Below, piece by piece: positions 30,305 through 39,848 of a stretch of 64,000 nucleotides of DNA. The notes beneath the pieces were generated by a model, which searched no databases, was not told where the DNA came from, and saw only the letters and a list, made by a program, of their open reading frames with translations. Within the stretch, counting starts at the first letter, position 1; the number at the start of each line of letters is the position of its first letter. This DNA is from a bacterium (GTDB lineage: Bacteria > Zhuqueibacterota > Zhuqueibacteria > Zhuqueibacterales > Zhuqueibacteraceae). Location of the stretch: contig JBIOXB010000211.1 in the NCBI GenBank assembly GCA_044869275.1, positions 29,242 to 93,241 on the forward strand, written 5' to 3'. The position numbers and the translations under genes were made by a program.

Positions 30305-31228
30305 ATGAGTCTTTACGGGCAATCCTATCGTTTCGAGATTGGCGCGGGCATGACCTCCGCGGTGAAGTATTTGATCATCGCGAATTTCGGCTGCTTTTTG
30401 TTGCAACATTTTTTCGGATCATCCCTGGCGTGGGCCGCTTTGGTGCCGGCCAAGGTGGTGCACGAGTTTGCCGTTTGGCAACTGTTCACATACATGTTCC
30501 TGCACGGCGGCCCGTGGCACATCATCATCAACATGCTTATGCTGTGGATGATCGGTTGCGAAGTGGAGCGCTATTGGGGCGCCAAACAGTTCCTGATATA
30601 CTATTTCGTGTGCGGCATCGGTGCCGGCATCTGCCAAACCTTGGTACAAATACTCTTCTTCGATCCGCAGACGAGCGTGATCGGGGCTTCCGGCGCCGTC
30701 TATGGTGTTTTGATGGCTTTCGGCGTGCTTTTTTCCGACCGCACGATTACGTTGCTGCTTTTTTTCATTCTGCCGGTGCATATCATGGCCAAGTATCTGG
30801 TCATGATCATGGCTGCGATTTCGCTGCTGATGGGGGTTTTTGGCGATGACAGCGGGGTGGCGCATTTTGCGCATCTGGGCGGAATGCTGGTAGGATTTGC
30901 GTATCTCAAACTTGACTGGCGCTGGCAGGCACTTGGCCGCAAAGCCGGGAATCTATTTGAGTATCCTGCAGCGAGCAGCGGCGCGCGGCGCGGACTGCCC
31001 GCTCTCAAAAACTGGTTTCGCCGGCGCACGGAACAGCGCCGGCAAATGGAGGCGGTGCGGCGCCGCCAGCGCGAGCTGCACTTGCGTGAGCGCGTCGACG
31101 CTATTTTGGACAAGATCAATGAAGTCGGATACGAGAATTTATCAGAAGAAGAAAAACAAATTCTCAGACGGGCCAGCCAATCGCTCAGCCGGGAAAACCT
31201 GCGGTCGCAAGATTACGGCCCGAATTGA
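30305..31228 (+). CDS. Rhomboid family intramembrane serine protease
   Basis: WQLFTYMFLH, GASG, AHFAHLGG; C-terminal VDAILDKINEVGYENLSEEEK. Confidence 0.93.
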   Translation: MSLYGQSYRFEIGAGMTSAVKYLIIANFGCFLLQHFFGSSLAWAALVPAKVVHEFAVWQLFTYMFLHGGPWHIIINMLMLWMIGCEVERYWGAKQFLIYYFVCGIGAGICQTLVQILFFDPQTSVIGASGAVYGVLMAFGVLFSDRTITLLLFFILPVHIMAKYLVMIMAAISLLMGVFGDDSGVAHFAHLGGMLVGFAYLKLDWRWQALGRKAGNLFEYPAASSGARRGLPALKNWFRRRTEQRRQMEAVRRRQRELHLRERVDAILDKINEVGYENLSEEEKQILRRASQSLSRENLRSQDYGPN

Positions 31229-32741
31229 AAACAAGCCTTGCCCTGTCAGCGTTCTTTGCTGCTCCCTGCTCTCGCTCCTCAGCCTGCCGCTGGTACTCTG
31301 CTTTTTCCTCGCGCCCATTTCACGCGCCTTCTCCCAGATCGCGCAAAACGAGCTCAAGGTCGTGCGCACCGATGTCGGTGAGAATTTCGATTTCGTTGCT
31401 CTGGCAGATTTGGCCGAATTGCTAAATCTGCGCACGTTTTACAGTGAAAAAGCACGCAAAGTGATCCTGTACGTCGGCGGCGCACAAGTCAAGGTCACGG
31501 CGATGAATCCTTTCGTGCAAATCGGCGATCGCATGGTGCAGATGCCGATGGAAACGCGCTATGCCAACGACGATATTCTCGTACCGCTCGCGGCCTTCAC
31601 CGCGCTGCTGCGTCCGCTGTACCGCGGCGACTGGCCGAAGCAGTTGCAGCCGGCCGCCGCCGTCGTCCCGGAAAAAGCACCACCCCCGCCGCCGAACATT
31701 TTCAAAGTACTGGTCGAAGACAAAACCAACGGCACGCTGATTCGCATTCAAACCGCGCAGCCGTTTTCGCGCAAGAGCGTCACCACCCGCGCCAGCCGCG
31801 ACTGGATGTACGTTGACATTTTAGGCGGGCGCATGGCGGCCGATGCGGTCGCGCCGCTGTCCGCGACGAAATTGGTGAAAGAAGTCAAGCCGCAGCAAAC
31901 CGGGGAAGTGGCCCAGATTTCTTTCCGGCTGCTGCAAGACATTGACGCCAGCCGCATCAACGTCAGCGGGCAAGGCAACGACATCTGGGTGTCCATTCCC
32001 ACGCAGGAAGTGGTGCCGGAAGAAGTGCTGCGCAATCTGGACAAAGAAAGGCAGAAGTGGCGCATCGATGCGATCGTGATCGATCCCGGGCACGGTGGCA
32101 GAGATCCCGGCGCGATCGGGCCCTCCGGCATTAGAGAGAAAGACGTTACGCTGCAAGTCGGCTTGCGCCTGCGCAAATTGATTGAAAAGGACATGGGCTT
32201 GAAGGCCATCATGACGCGCGACACCGACGAGTTCATCAAGCTCGACGAGCGCACGCAAATTGCCAACGCCGCGCAGGGCAAGCTGTTCATCAGCCTGCAT
32301 TGCAACGCCAACCGCAGCCGGCGCGTGAACGGTACCACGACTTATTTTCTCGGCCCGGCCAGAACCGATGAGGCTTTGGAGGTCGCGCTTTTGGAAAATT
32401 CCGTGGTCAAGTACGAATCCGACAAGGCGGCGGCCAGTGATGAGGAATTTATCCTCACCGCGATGGCGCAGAATGCCTTCAACCATGAGAGTGAAAGTCT
32501 CGCGCAAATCGTGCAGGAAGAGATGGAAACGGTTGTGAACCTGCCCGATCGCGGCATATATCAAGCGGGCTTCTACGTTTTGGTCGGCGCCTCCATGCCC
32601 AACATTCTGGTGGAAATGGCCTTTATTTCCAACGCCAAGGAAGAACGCCTGCTCAATTCCTCCGAGGTGCAGCAGAAAATCGCACAAGCCATTTGCAATA
32701 GCGTGAAGCGGTTCAAGCAGAAGTTTGAAACGGGGTCGTGA
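31224..32741 (+). CDS. N-acetylmuramoyl-L-alanine amidase (Amidase_3); start unclear
   Basis: IDPGHGGRDPGA, EKDVTL, FISLHCN, LVEMAFISN; signal-peptide-like N-terminus with no in-frame ATG/GTG/TTG at its start. Confidence 0.88.
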   Translation: MENKPCPVSVLCCSLLSLLSLPLVLCFFLAPISRAFSQIAQNELKVVRTDVGENFDFVALADLAELLNLRTFYSEKARKVILYVGGAQVKVTAMNPFVQIGDRMVQMPMETRYANDDILVPLAAFTALLRPLYRGDWPKQLQPAAAVVPEKAPPPPPNIFKVLVEDKTNGTLIRIQTAQPFSRKSVTTRASRDWMYVDILGGRMAADAVAPLSATKLVKEVKPQQTGEVAQISFRLLQDIDASRINVSGQGNDIWVSIPTQEVVPEEVLRNLDKERQKWRIDAIVIDPGHGGRDPGAIGPSGIREKDVTLQVGLRLRKLIEKDMGLKAIMTRDTDEFIKLDERTQIANAAQGKLFISLHCNANRSRRVNGTTTYFLGPARTDEALEVALLENSVVKYESDKAAASDEEFILTAMAQNAFNHESESLAQIVQEEMETVVNLPDRGIYQAGFYVLVGASMPNILVEMAFISNAKEERLLNSSEVQQKIAQAICNSVKRFKQKFETGS

Positions 32742-32743
32742 GG

Positions 32744-34414
32744 TTATAACCTCGACGCCACCAGCTTCACATCCGCTCCGGCCCAGGCTTTTACAAAACG
32801 CTGATGCACCGCTTCGGCTTCGTCTTCTTTGCCCTGCGCCCTCAGGCTTTGCTGCAAACCCCATAACGACCAGCCGTTTTCCGGATACTTTTTCAAATCT
32901 TCTGCATAAACTTTTTGGGCTTCAGCCGCGCGCCCGGCTTCCAGCAATACCGCGCCCAAATTGTGTCGCGCCGGCGTGTACCAGGGCGGCGGTTCGTCGT
33001 AGGTCAGGGCGTCTTCGAAGCGCACCGCGTTCTGCAAATGCGCGATCGCCTGCTCGAATTGTTTGTGCTTTGCCGCCAGCTCGCCTGCCAGCATCTCCCG
33101 CGCAATCTGCATCAGATCGAAGGTCGTGTTGATATCCCAAATCGTCACGCCCTTGAGCGTGGTGTCCGCAGCAATGGCCTGCACTTTTTCAAGCTCTTGC
33201 GCAGCGGGGTCCATTTGATCCGTTCTCGCATAAGCCATGCCGCGTGCGAAATGCCAAACGCCGTTGGGATAAACCAAATCGACCTCCGGTGCCGAGGCTT
33301 GCAGTATTTCGGCCCATTTGCCGAATTTCACCAAGGCGTACAACGGAATAGTGGTGTAATGCTGCAGCGTGCCGTAACCCGGCGCGCGCATGAGTTGCGG
33401 GTCTTGGTGCATGGCCATATGATACGCCGCATTTAGCGCCTGTTCACTGTTGCCCGCAAAAGTCGCAGCGGCAGCAAGAAAATGATGATTGTGCGGCACG
33501 TAAGCCACGGGATACATGCCTTGGGCGTGGCATTGCGTGATATAAGAGCTGTCGGCGGCAATCGCCCGTTCGTTGGCAATGACGGCATCTTGATAGCGCC
33601 CGGTGCGGAGGTAAATATGGGCGGGCATGTGCACCAAATGTCCCGCATTCGGCACGAGATCGCGCAGCAAATCCGCGCTGGCCAGGGCGTGCTCCGGATG
33701 TGACGAAGCTTCGATCGTGTGAATGTAAAAGTGGTTGAACCCCGGATGTTTGGGCCAGCGCTGCAATCCCGCTTCCAGCGTACTCACGATTTCCGGCGTC
33801 CACGGCTTGGGTGTACCGTCCAGCTCCCAGTATTTCCACGGATGCAAATCCATCAGCGCCTCGGCAAAGAGCGCCGCGGCATCAGCCTCGTCAGGGTAGC
33901 GCTGCACAAGTTCGCGCATGGCGTTGGCATAAGCTTCGTCCAGGGGCTTGCGATCGGTGACCGCCGCGGCGGCATAACGTTGCGCCAAAGCGTTGATGAA
34001 TGCTTGTTCTTCCGCACTGGCTTTGGGCGCCAAAGCCCGCGCTTTTTGAATCGCCGCGTACGCATTGGGAACTTCAGCATTGTCCATCGCCGCGTTGATG
34101 TTGGGCCCGAGCACCAGCGCGATGCCCCAGTACGCCATGGCGCAATCCGGATCGAGGCGTGCCACTTCGCGAAACGCGCGTTCGGCTTCCTTGTGATTGA
34201 AAGCGTATGCCAGCGTCAAGCCCTGGTTGAAAAAGCGCTGCGCCATTTCGCTCTTGGTGCTGACGGGATGACGCAGGTCACCCATGCCCTCGAGCAAGGG
34301 GGCGAGGCGGCCGGTGGTTTCATCCTGTGATTGCTGGTCGCAACCGAGCAGCGGCAAAAGGAACAATGCCACTGCTATCAACGCCAAGCCCCTCACGCGG
34401 AAAGTCACCATCAT
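32744..34414 (-). CDS. TPR-containing lipoprotein of unknown function
   Basis: Lipobox LLGC; AQRFFNQGL..YAFNH, HFYIH, GHLVHMPAHIY, YDEPPPW, PENGWSL. Confidence 0.82.
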   Translation of the reverse strand: MMVTFRVRGLALIAVALFLLPLLGCDQQSQDETTGRLAPLLEGMGDLRHPVSTKSEMAQRFFNQGLTLAYAFNHKEAERAFREVARLDPDCAMAYWGIALVLGPNINAAMDNAEVPNAYAAIQKARALAPKASAEEQAFINALAQRYAAAAVTDRKPLDEAYANAMRELVQRYPDEADAAALFAEALMDLHPWKYWELDGTPKPWTPEIVSTLEAGLQRWPKHPGFNHFYIHTIEASSHPEHALASADLLRDLVPNAGHLVHMPAHIYLRTGRYQDAVIANERAIAADSSYITQCHAQGMYPVAYVPHNHHFLAAAATFAGNSEQALNAAYHMAMHQDPQLMRAPGYGTLQHYTTIPLYALVKFGKWAEILQASAPEVDLVYPNGVWHFARGMAYARTDQMDPAAQELEKVQAIAADTTLKGVTIWDINTTFDLMQIAREMLAGELAAKHKQFEQAIAHLQNAVRFEDALTYDEPPPWYTPARHNLGAVLLEAGRAAEAQKVYAEDLKKYPENGWSLWGLQQSLRAQGKEDEAEAVHQRFVKAWAGADVKLVASRL

Positions 34415-34468
34415 TTTTCCTCCTTTGGCAAGAAAACCGAAATTGTGATTACCACGGGGTTGCCACCG

Positions 34469-35017
34469 TTACTCGCAGGTCTCGCACCTGGTCTTGGGTT
34501 CGAAAGCAATCACGCCGCCGCGCCGGTCTTGCTCGATCCGGCAACATTCCAGGAACATCGTTTTTAGCATTTGCCGCCCACGCTGGACGCGCGATTTTGC
34601 GCCGGAGAGCGAGAGCCCTTGCTGCTGGGCAACTTCCCTCTGCGTTAAACCCTCGATCTCCGAGAGCATGATCGCCTGCCGGTACGCGGGGGGTAGTTGT
34701 TGAATGAACGGCAGTACACAGCTTGACAACTCCCTCTGTGCAGCTTCTTCATTCTCAGAATTCTGCACCGTGCTGGCGTCATCCATCTTCGGTGCCAGTT
34801 TGTTCCGCCGGTAGTAATCGGAGAGGGCATTTCTGGTGATTTGGTAAAGCCAGGGCAGGAGTTTTCCCTGCTCTCGCAGCCGGTCGAGCTGGCCGTAGGC
34901 TTTGGCCAGCACGTCTTGCAGGAGATCTTCCGCCGCCGACGTATCGTCTATTCGCTTGCGAATGAAACGATGGAGCTGGTCGCGGTGCGCGCTCCAGATT
35001 TGGTCCTGCAATGACAT
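34469..35017 (-). CDS. sigZ: ECF sigma factor, SigZ-like
   Basis: AEDLLQDV, WLYQITRN, LSGAKSRVQRGR, CC and a CxxC C-terminus. Confidence 0.85.
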   Translation of the reverse strand: MSLQDQIWSAHRDQLHRFIRKRIDDTSAAEDLLQDVLAKAYGQLDRLREQGKLLPWLYQITRNALSDYYRRNKLAPKMDDASTVQNSENEEAAQRELSSCVLPFIQQLPPAYRQAIMLSEIEGLTQREVAQQQGLSLSGAKSRVQRGRQMLKTMFLECCRIEQDRRGGVIAFEPKTRCETCE

Positions 35018-35075
35018 TGTACGCTTCAAGGCATCACTCCGGCGCATGTGATCGACCGCAGGTCGCACCAGCGCG

Positions 35076-35708
35076 TCATTGACAACCGCAGCCCTGCTGC
35101 ACCAGGCTTTCGCCGCAGCACGCGGCCTTATTCGCGGGCTCACAGCAAGTTTGTTGCTGCGCCGGCGAACAGCAGGTTGAAACATTTCGCCCCGGAAGCT
35201 CCGAAACACCCGCAAAGAAACGCTGCAGGTTCTCTGGAACTTCGCTGGCGGTGAGTGCCGCCGGTGCTTCTGGCCGCGGCATACGAAAAGTTTCTTGCAG
35301 AATCGCCTCCACCAGCATTGCCACCGGCGCTTCCGTGTATTCCTCGCCGCGATAAAGCCAGACACGGCAATGGGTGCCTGCGCTGCAGCCGCACAGGTCG
35401 GTGCAGGAATCGCATTTGCTCTCGTGCGTCACGAGCGCAATGTCGTGGCCGTTGAGGCGAATCGTCGGTGAAGTGACAAAGCGATGCGCGGCCGCCTTCT
35501 CCGCCGAATCAATCAGGATTTTGTTCAAGCTAACCACTGCGCCGGTGAATTGCAAGACTTGTTGGACGGATTCTAAAGCTTTCTCGAGATTACGATCCGT
35601 CCCGATGCAACGGGTGCACGTCTTCAGGTCGAGAAAGAGAAAGTCAACATCGACATGGTGCGGGCCGGAGTGACGGCCATTCAAGCCGGTCTGTGTTTGC
35701 ATTTCCAT
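35076..35708 (-). CDS. DUF2703 domain protein with Cys-rich tail
   Basis: LDLKTCTRCIGT, SPTIRLNG, CDSC, CRVWLYRG; C-terminal CC/CC/CC/CGC. Confidence 0.8.
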   Translation of the reverse strand: MEMQTQTGLNGRHSGPHHVDVDFLFLDLKTCTRCIGTDRNLEKALESVQQVLQFTGAVVSLNKILIDSAEKAAAHRFVTSPTIRLNGHDIALVTHESKCDSCTDLCGCSAGTHCRVWLYRGEEYTEAPVAMLVEAILQETFRMPRPEAPAALTASEVPENLQRFFAGVSELPGRNVSTCCSPAQQQTCCEPANKAACCGESLVQQGCGCQ

Positions 35709-35893
35709 GTTTGGTCTCCTTTGATGAAGTTGGTCAGTGAGCTTCACGATAGGAGACGCACGACCGCTCAAAAGGACGCAGATTTTCTCCCTCCGGAATG
35801 GCACGGCCGCGGAAAAGACTTGCTTTCAAATTCCGTGGGAGTTCTAATTCCGTGGGCGAAGTCCAGCGCAGACGGTGCGGACACGCCGTGGCG

Positions 35894-37015
35894 TCACGAG
35901 GGCGCCGCCAGCTCCATGCACTCGCCCTGGTGTAGCGCGCGATAGACAGCGTCACGAATCACATTGGCCTCGGCATTGGTCAGCGTCCGCGTGTGATCGC
36001 GAATCACCAGGCGCAGCAGCACGTTCTTCTGGCCGGGTCGCATGCCCATGCGCGCATGAGCGGCGGGCGGCAAATCCTCATAGTCTGCTTCTTCCAGAAT
36101 ATCCACGCCTTCGATTTGTGCGAGGTGTTCGTGCATCGCCTCACGGATGCGGTCGCCCAATTCCTCGGCGGTCAGGTCCTGTGCGATGGCAATGGAAAGA
36201 TCGCGCCGCACCGGCGGCTGGTTTGAAACCGGCACGTAAGGCGTAAGATCCTGCATTTGTCTGGCGATGCGCGGCTCTTCCGAGCGCAACAGGCGAATGT
36301 CGTCGACTCCTTTGCGGAGCATCAGCATACGATCCAGCCCGAGCCCCATGGCCAGGCCGGTGATTTGCCCGGTATCGAGGCCGGCGCGCGCGAGCATGGC
36401 GGGCGCAGCCAGGCCGCATTCGCCAATTTCGATCCATTCGCCATTGTCAGCAATCTCAATCTGCAAGCCGTGGGTTGTGTAGGTGTGGGCTGCGCCAATG
36501 ACGCGATGGCAGCAGCCCGGCAACGCGGCGGCCACCACGGTTGCCGTCATCTCTCTCAAGTCATCGCTCGTCAACCGGCCGCGTTTCACGCGCCAAAGAT
36601 CGAGCTGGTGCGGCTCACCCGTGTGCCAACGATCCACTACGTCGCGGCGATAGACCAAGCCCGGGCAAACGAGTAACAAATCCTCCGGCGGATCGAGGGC
36701 AAGCGCCCGCAGCAGGCCTGGAATCATCGCCGAAGTTTGCGTGCGCAACAGCATGCGATCGGTCACATAACGCGTATAACGCGCCTCGCGGACCACACCC
36801 TCTGCGGCATATCCCAAGCAATCATAGTTGTCTTCGACGGAAACAATGGGGCAGGCGCGATGCAGCAGGCGGGCGCAATGCCAGCGCGCAGCCAATGCCG
36901 TGTGGATTTCATGCAAGAGGTGTTGCATCGCATGCGCGCCTTGCCGCGGATCGGAGAGATCGCGCAGATGCAAAGCGTGCGCGAGGGCTTCGTAACTCAA
37001 AACTGGGCGGTTCAT
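35894..37015 (-). CDS. srmL: PheRS-related class II synthetase-like ligase with FDX-ACB domain (SrmL-type)
   Basis: LLRTQTSA, motif 2 YRRDVVDRWHTGEPHQLD, WIEIGECG, motif 3 GLGLDRMLML, anticodon-binding-like RRDLSIA. HTYT replaces the PheRS FPFT loop. Confidence 0.8.
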   Translation of the reverse strand: MNRPVLSYEALAHALHLRDLSDPRQGAHAMQHLLHEIHTALAARWHCARLLHRACPIVSVEDNYDCLGYAAEGVVREARYTRYVTDRMLLRTQTSAMIPGLLRALALDPPEDLLLVCPGLVYRRDVVDRWHTGEPHQLDLWRVKRGRLTSDDLREMTATVVAAALPGCCHRVIGAAHTYTTHGLQIEIADNGEWIEIGECGLAAPAMLARAGLDTGQITGLAMGLGLDRMLMLRKGVDDIRLLRSEEPRIARQMQDLTPYVPVSNQPPVRRDLSIAIAQDLTAEELGDRIREAMHEHLAQIEGVDILEEADYEDLPPAAHARMGMRPGQKNVLLRLVIRDHTRTLTNAEANVIRDAVYRALHQGECMELAAPS

Positions 37016-37057
37016 ATTGCTCTCCTGGTTTCGTAATGTTAATTCGTATCATGGCCG

Positions 37058-37096
37058 AAAACAAAAATGCCCCTGGGTTCAGATCCCGAGGGGCAT
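37058..37096 (-). terminator. Attenuator terminator in the srmL leader
   Basis: Minus strand ATGCCCCT-cgggatctgaaccc-AGGGGCAT followed by TTTTGTTTT, about 45 nt before the srmL ATG. Confidence 0.75.
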
Positions 37097-37125
37097 GTGT
37101 GGCCAATCGCCAGAAGAGCCAGGGG

Positions 37126-37224
37126 TTATATTCTCGGCATAGCGGCTCTCTCCTCCAGGATCTTAACCGGAACCCAGAGGGAACTAAATCGTTTCCAATT
37201 GTTGGTTTGCGTCATCATCGCCAT
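37126..37224 (-). CDS. Putative leader peptide of the srmL attenuator
   Basis: (MAM)MTQTNNWKRFSSLWVPVKILEERAAMPRI*; an internal GGAGGAG also precedes the short MPRI* ORF. Confidence 0.45.
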   Translation of the reverse strand: MAMMTQTNNWKRFSSLWVPVKILEERAAMPRI

Positions 37225-37250
37225 TGTGATTGTTTTGCTGCTTTTGTCAA
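37223..37250 (-). promoter_or_regulatory. Putative sigma-70 promoter of the srmL leader
   Basis: TTGACA-16 bp-CACAAT on the minus strand. Confidence 0.55.
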
Positions 37251-37354
37251 GGATAGCCACAGTTTTTCGCTAGGAAACAAGTTGTCCATTTTACGCGTCT
37301 GAGTTCATTTGGTTCCACCCTGGCCTCTGCATAAGAATTTCAGACAGACGTGCA

Positions 37355-38293
37355 TCACGCTCTTCGATCCTTTACCCAATTTCCTGCAGTGCTCGTGCTC
37401 CGTGCCGTTTCAACGGCATGGCCCTGCAGCCAGTGCCATGCTTCTCGCCACAATGTTTCCGCAAAAATGTCGCGAAAGAATCCGAAATGGCCGATGGATT
37501 TCGCGCCGATTTCTTGTGGATGAATATGCGCGTGCTCTTTGTTGGAGCTGCCATACCAATTCACGATCGTCTCCACTGCTTTTAAGGGTGCCATGACGCG
37601 GTCATCCGAGAAACTGACAAACTTAAGCGGCGCGTGCACCCCCGCAAATTTCGCTCTCATTCCGGAGCCATGACTCAAAATGTATTCCGGCCGGCGCCCC
37701 CAGCGCGCCCACTCGCGCGCCACACCGCTAGGCAAATCTTCCGCATTACCCATGATCCAGCCCGGGAAGTAGTCGAACATCGCGGTGCTGGCTGGAATCG
37801 CAAGATACCAGAGCACGAAAACCAACATTCTGTTCCTTCCCTGCCACAATTTCCAATACCCGCTTTGCGAAGCTACGAAGTAGGCCGCGCGCACGAGATG
37901 ATGGTTCTCCGCCAGCGGAAAAATCTGCCCGGACACGCTATGGCCGACAAATAAAATGCGGTTGGAGGCAAGTTCCTCAGCGGCCCATTTGATCACGCCC
38001 GCCAGATCCAATTCGCCCCATTCGTGTAACGCCGCGCGAAAGCCCCGGAGACTTTGCGGGCGCGATTCGCCGATGCCGCGATAGTCAAAGGTCACCACAC
38101 GAAAGCCATGCTGGTTGAGAAAGCGCGCGAATTTGGCGTAATATCCTCGTTTCACCGCCGTCGCGGAGGCCATGATGACCAATGGTGCGTGGCTCGATTC
38201 CGCGTGGTAAAACGTTGCCGCCAGTGGGAAACCGTCGCGCGCTTTAATCGTCAGATCTTTTTTTTGCGTCTTGCGGCTCAGATCAACCTTCAC
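37355..38293 (-). CDS. Predicted alpha/beta hydrolase
   Basis: FDYRGIGES, WGELD, GHSVSGQ, FSDD, IGHFGFF. Confidence 0.87.
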   Translation of the reverse strand: MKVDLSRKTQKKDLTIKARDGFPLAATFYHAESSHAPLVIMASATAVKRGYYAKFARFLNQHGFRVVTFDYRGIGESRPQSLRGFRAALHEWGELDLAGVIKWAAEELASNRILFVGHSVSGQIFPLAENHHLVRAAYFVASQSGYWKLWQGRNRMLVFVLWYLAIPASTAMFDYFPGWIMGNAEDLPSGVAREWARWGRRPEYILSHGSGMRAKFAGVHAPLKFVSFSDDRVMAPLKAVETIVNWYGSSNKEHAHIHPQEIGAKSIGHFGFFRDIFAETLWREAWHWLQGHAVETARSTSTAGNWVKDRRA

Positions 38294-38513
38294 GTTAAAA
38301 CCTTACCAGCTTGGGAGACTTCCAAATCAAACGCCTCACCGCATAACGACAATATAAGAATCTGCACTCATTCGATCAACACGACCCATTCACAGACGCA
38401 TCCGTGGTCATGCACCAGCGCACTGATGCCATCGCTTGCAGCGATGGCATCAGACGCAAATGCATCATCATTCAGCGCGGCGAGTCGGACGATCCAATCG
38501 AAGCCGGCTCAGT

Positions 38514-39743
38514 TCATGGCGCTTTTACCGGGCGTAAGGCATTCTCAAAAGCCCACACCCCGATCTGCTCTCCTTGCAGATAGCCGGCGTTTACCGCCGT
38601 CGGGAAGTGAATGCCCGCGAGCACACGCGAAGCGCCGTTTTCCCGTGCCGCCTCCGAGAAGCTCCAATACTTCCGCGTGATGCCGGCATAAGGCGCGCCG
38701 CTCGTCATCGCGAAGCTGACGAAATCCGTGCCGAAGTACCGTTGCAACACGGCCGCTGCTGCAGCGCCCAATACGGTGTGGGTGGAAGGATAATCTGGCA
38801 CCGGCGGCGTGTTCAGGTCGCTCAACCACTCCTTTTCGCCGCCTTCGCGAATCGCCGTGGCCGGCCGCCAGTAGTTGTAATAGTATTTGGCTTCGAAGCC
38901 GCCGATGAAACCGTCGGCCATCGCAATATTTACGAGCGCGAACAGCCGCGCATTTTCCCAGATGTCGAGCCGGCGTGCAGCAGAAACTTCGCGCGCGATG
39001 CGGTTCCAGCCTTGTGTCGAATTCTCGTACCAGAAGCGCGAAATCTCACTTTGTTCGGCCGTGCGGGCAGTGCTTTTTTCGGCGCCGATCGTTTTGACCT
39101 CTTCCACTTCGGCACGTGCCTGCGCGCTCGTGACGGCGAGCGGCGGCACGGGACGGAATTGGGCGGACGATTTGAGCACGAAGGGCGTCACTTCTCCCCA
39201 ATGTGCAAAAAATGCCGGCGTGAAGTCTGGCGGAGTCGGGCGATATTCTCCGGGTTTCTTGCCGGGCTCGCGCGTAACAGTGCGGCTTGCGCCATCATTC
39301 TGCCGCGCCGCGAGTATCGCAACTGCGGCTTTGCCGCCCATTTCCACACCGCGCTTTTTTGCCTCGCCATTCGGAACCGCACGCAGGGTTTCGTCGAGTG
39401 CAGCATCGAATGCGGCCTTCCCAGCCGGCATCAACTCGACCAGCGTCGCATGCGCGGCCGCAGCAATGGCGGCTTCGAGCGAAGTTTCAGGGGCAGACGG
39501 TGCTGCCAAGCGATACGGCTCATACCGGCGATCAATCGCGTTGACGGCATCGTGAATCGCGAGGTGCAAAATCGAGAAAATCCGCGACTCGGTGAGCGGG
39601 AAGGTCTGCGCGGAAGCGGAGACTTCCGTTGCTATGCGATTCCATCGCAAGACTTCATCGGCGGACTCTTTCGACGGCTGAGCGAAACCCGCCAAGGCAA
39701 ACAGAAGAACGAAGGAAACGATCAGAATTCCTTTGTGGTTCAT
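38514..39743 (-). CDS. Vanadium-dependent haloperoxidase / PAP2 family exported protein
   Basis: Signal peptide; KYYYNYWRP, PPVPDYPSTH, SRVLAGIHF. Confidence 0.87.
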   Translation of the reverse strand: MNHKGILIVSFVLLFALAGFAQPSKESADEVLRWNRIATEVSASAQTFPLTESRIFSILHLAIHDAVNAIDRRYEPYRLAAPSAPETSLEAAIAAAAHATLVELMPAGKAAFDAALDETLRAVPNGEAKKRGVEMGGKAAVAILAARQNDGASRTVTREPGKKPGEYRPTPPDFTPAFFAHWGEVTPFVLKSSAQFRPVPPLAVTSAQARAEVEEVKTIGAEKSTARTAEQSEISRFWYENSTQGWNRIAREVSAARRLDIWENARLFALVNIAMADGFIGGFEAKYYYNYWRPATAIREGGEKEWLSDLNTPPVPDYPSTHTVLGAAAAAVLQRYFGTDFVSFAMTSGAPYAGITRKYWSFSEAARENGASRVLAGIHFPTAVNAGYLQGEQIGVWAFENALRPVKAP

Positions 39744-39848
39744 CTTGTTGCTCCCTTTCATGGTTGAGATGGTGATCGCAGAAATGCCCCATGCATTTCT
39801 ACGCGCGACGCAACCCCTCACTGGGAGGAGGCCATGCCGTTTCTCTTT

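Noticed and set aside
35894..37015. Calling this gene canonical pheS
   Set aside because: It lacks the N-terminal coiled coil and the FPFTEP loop, has a fused FDX-ACB domain, and has no pheT neighbour.
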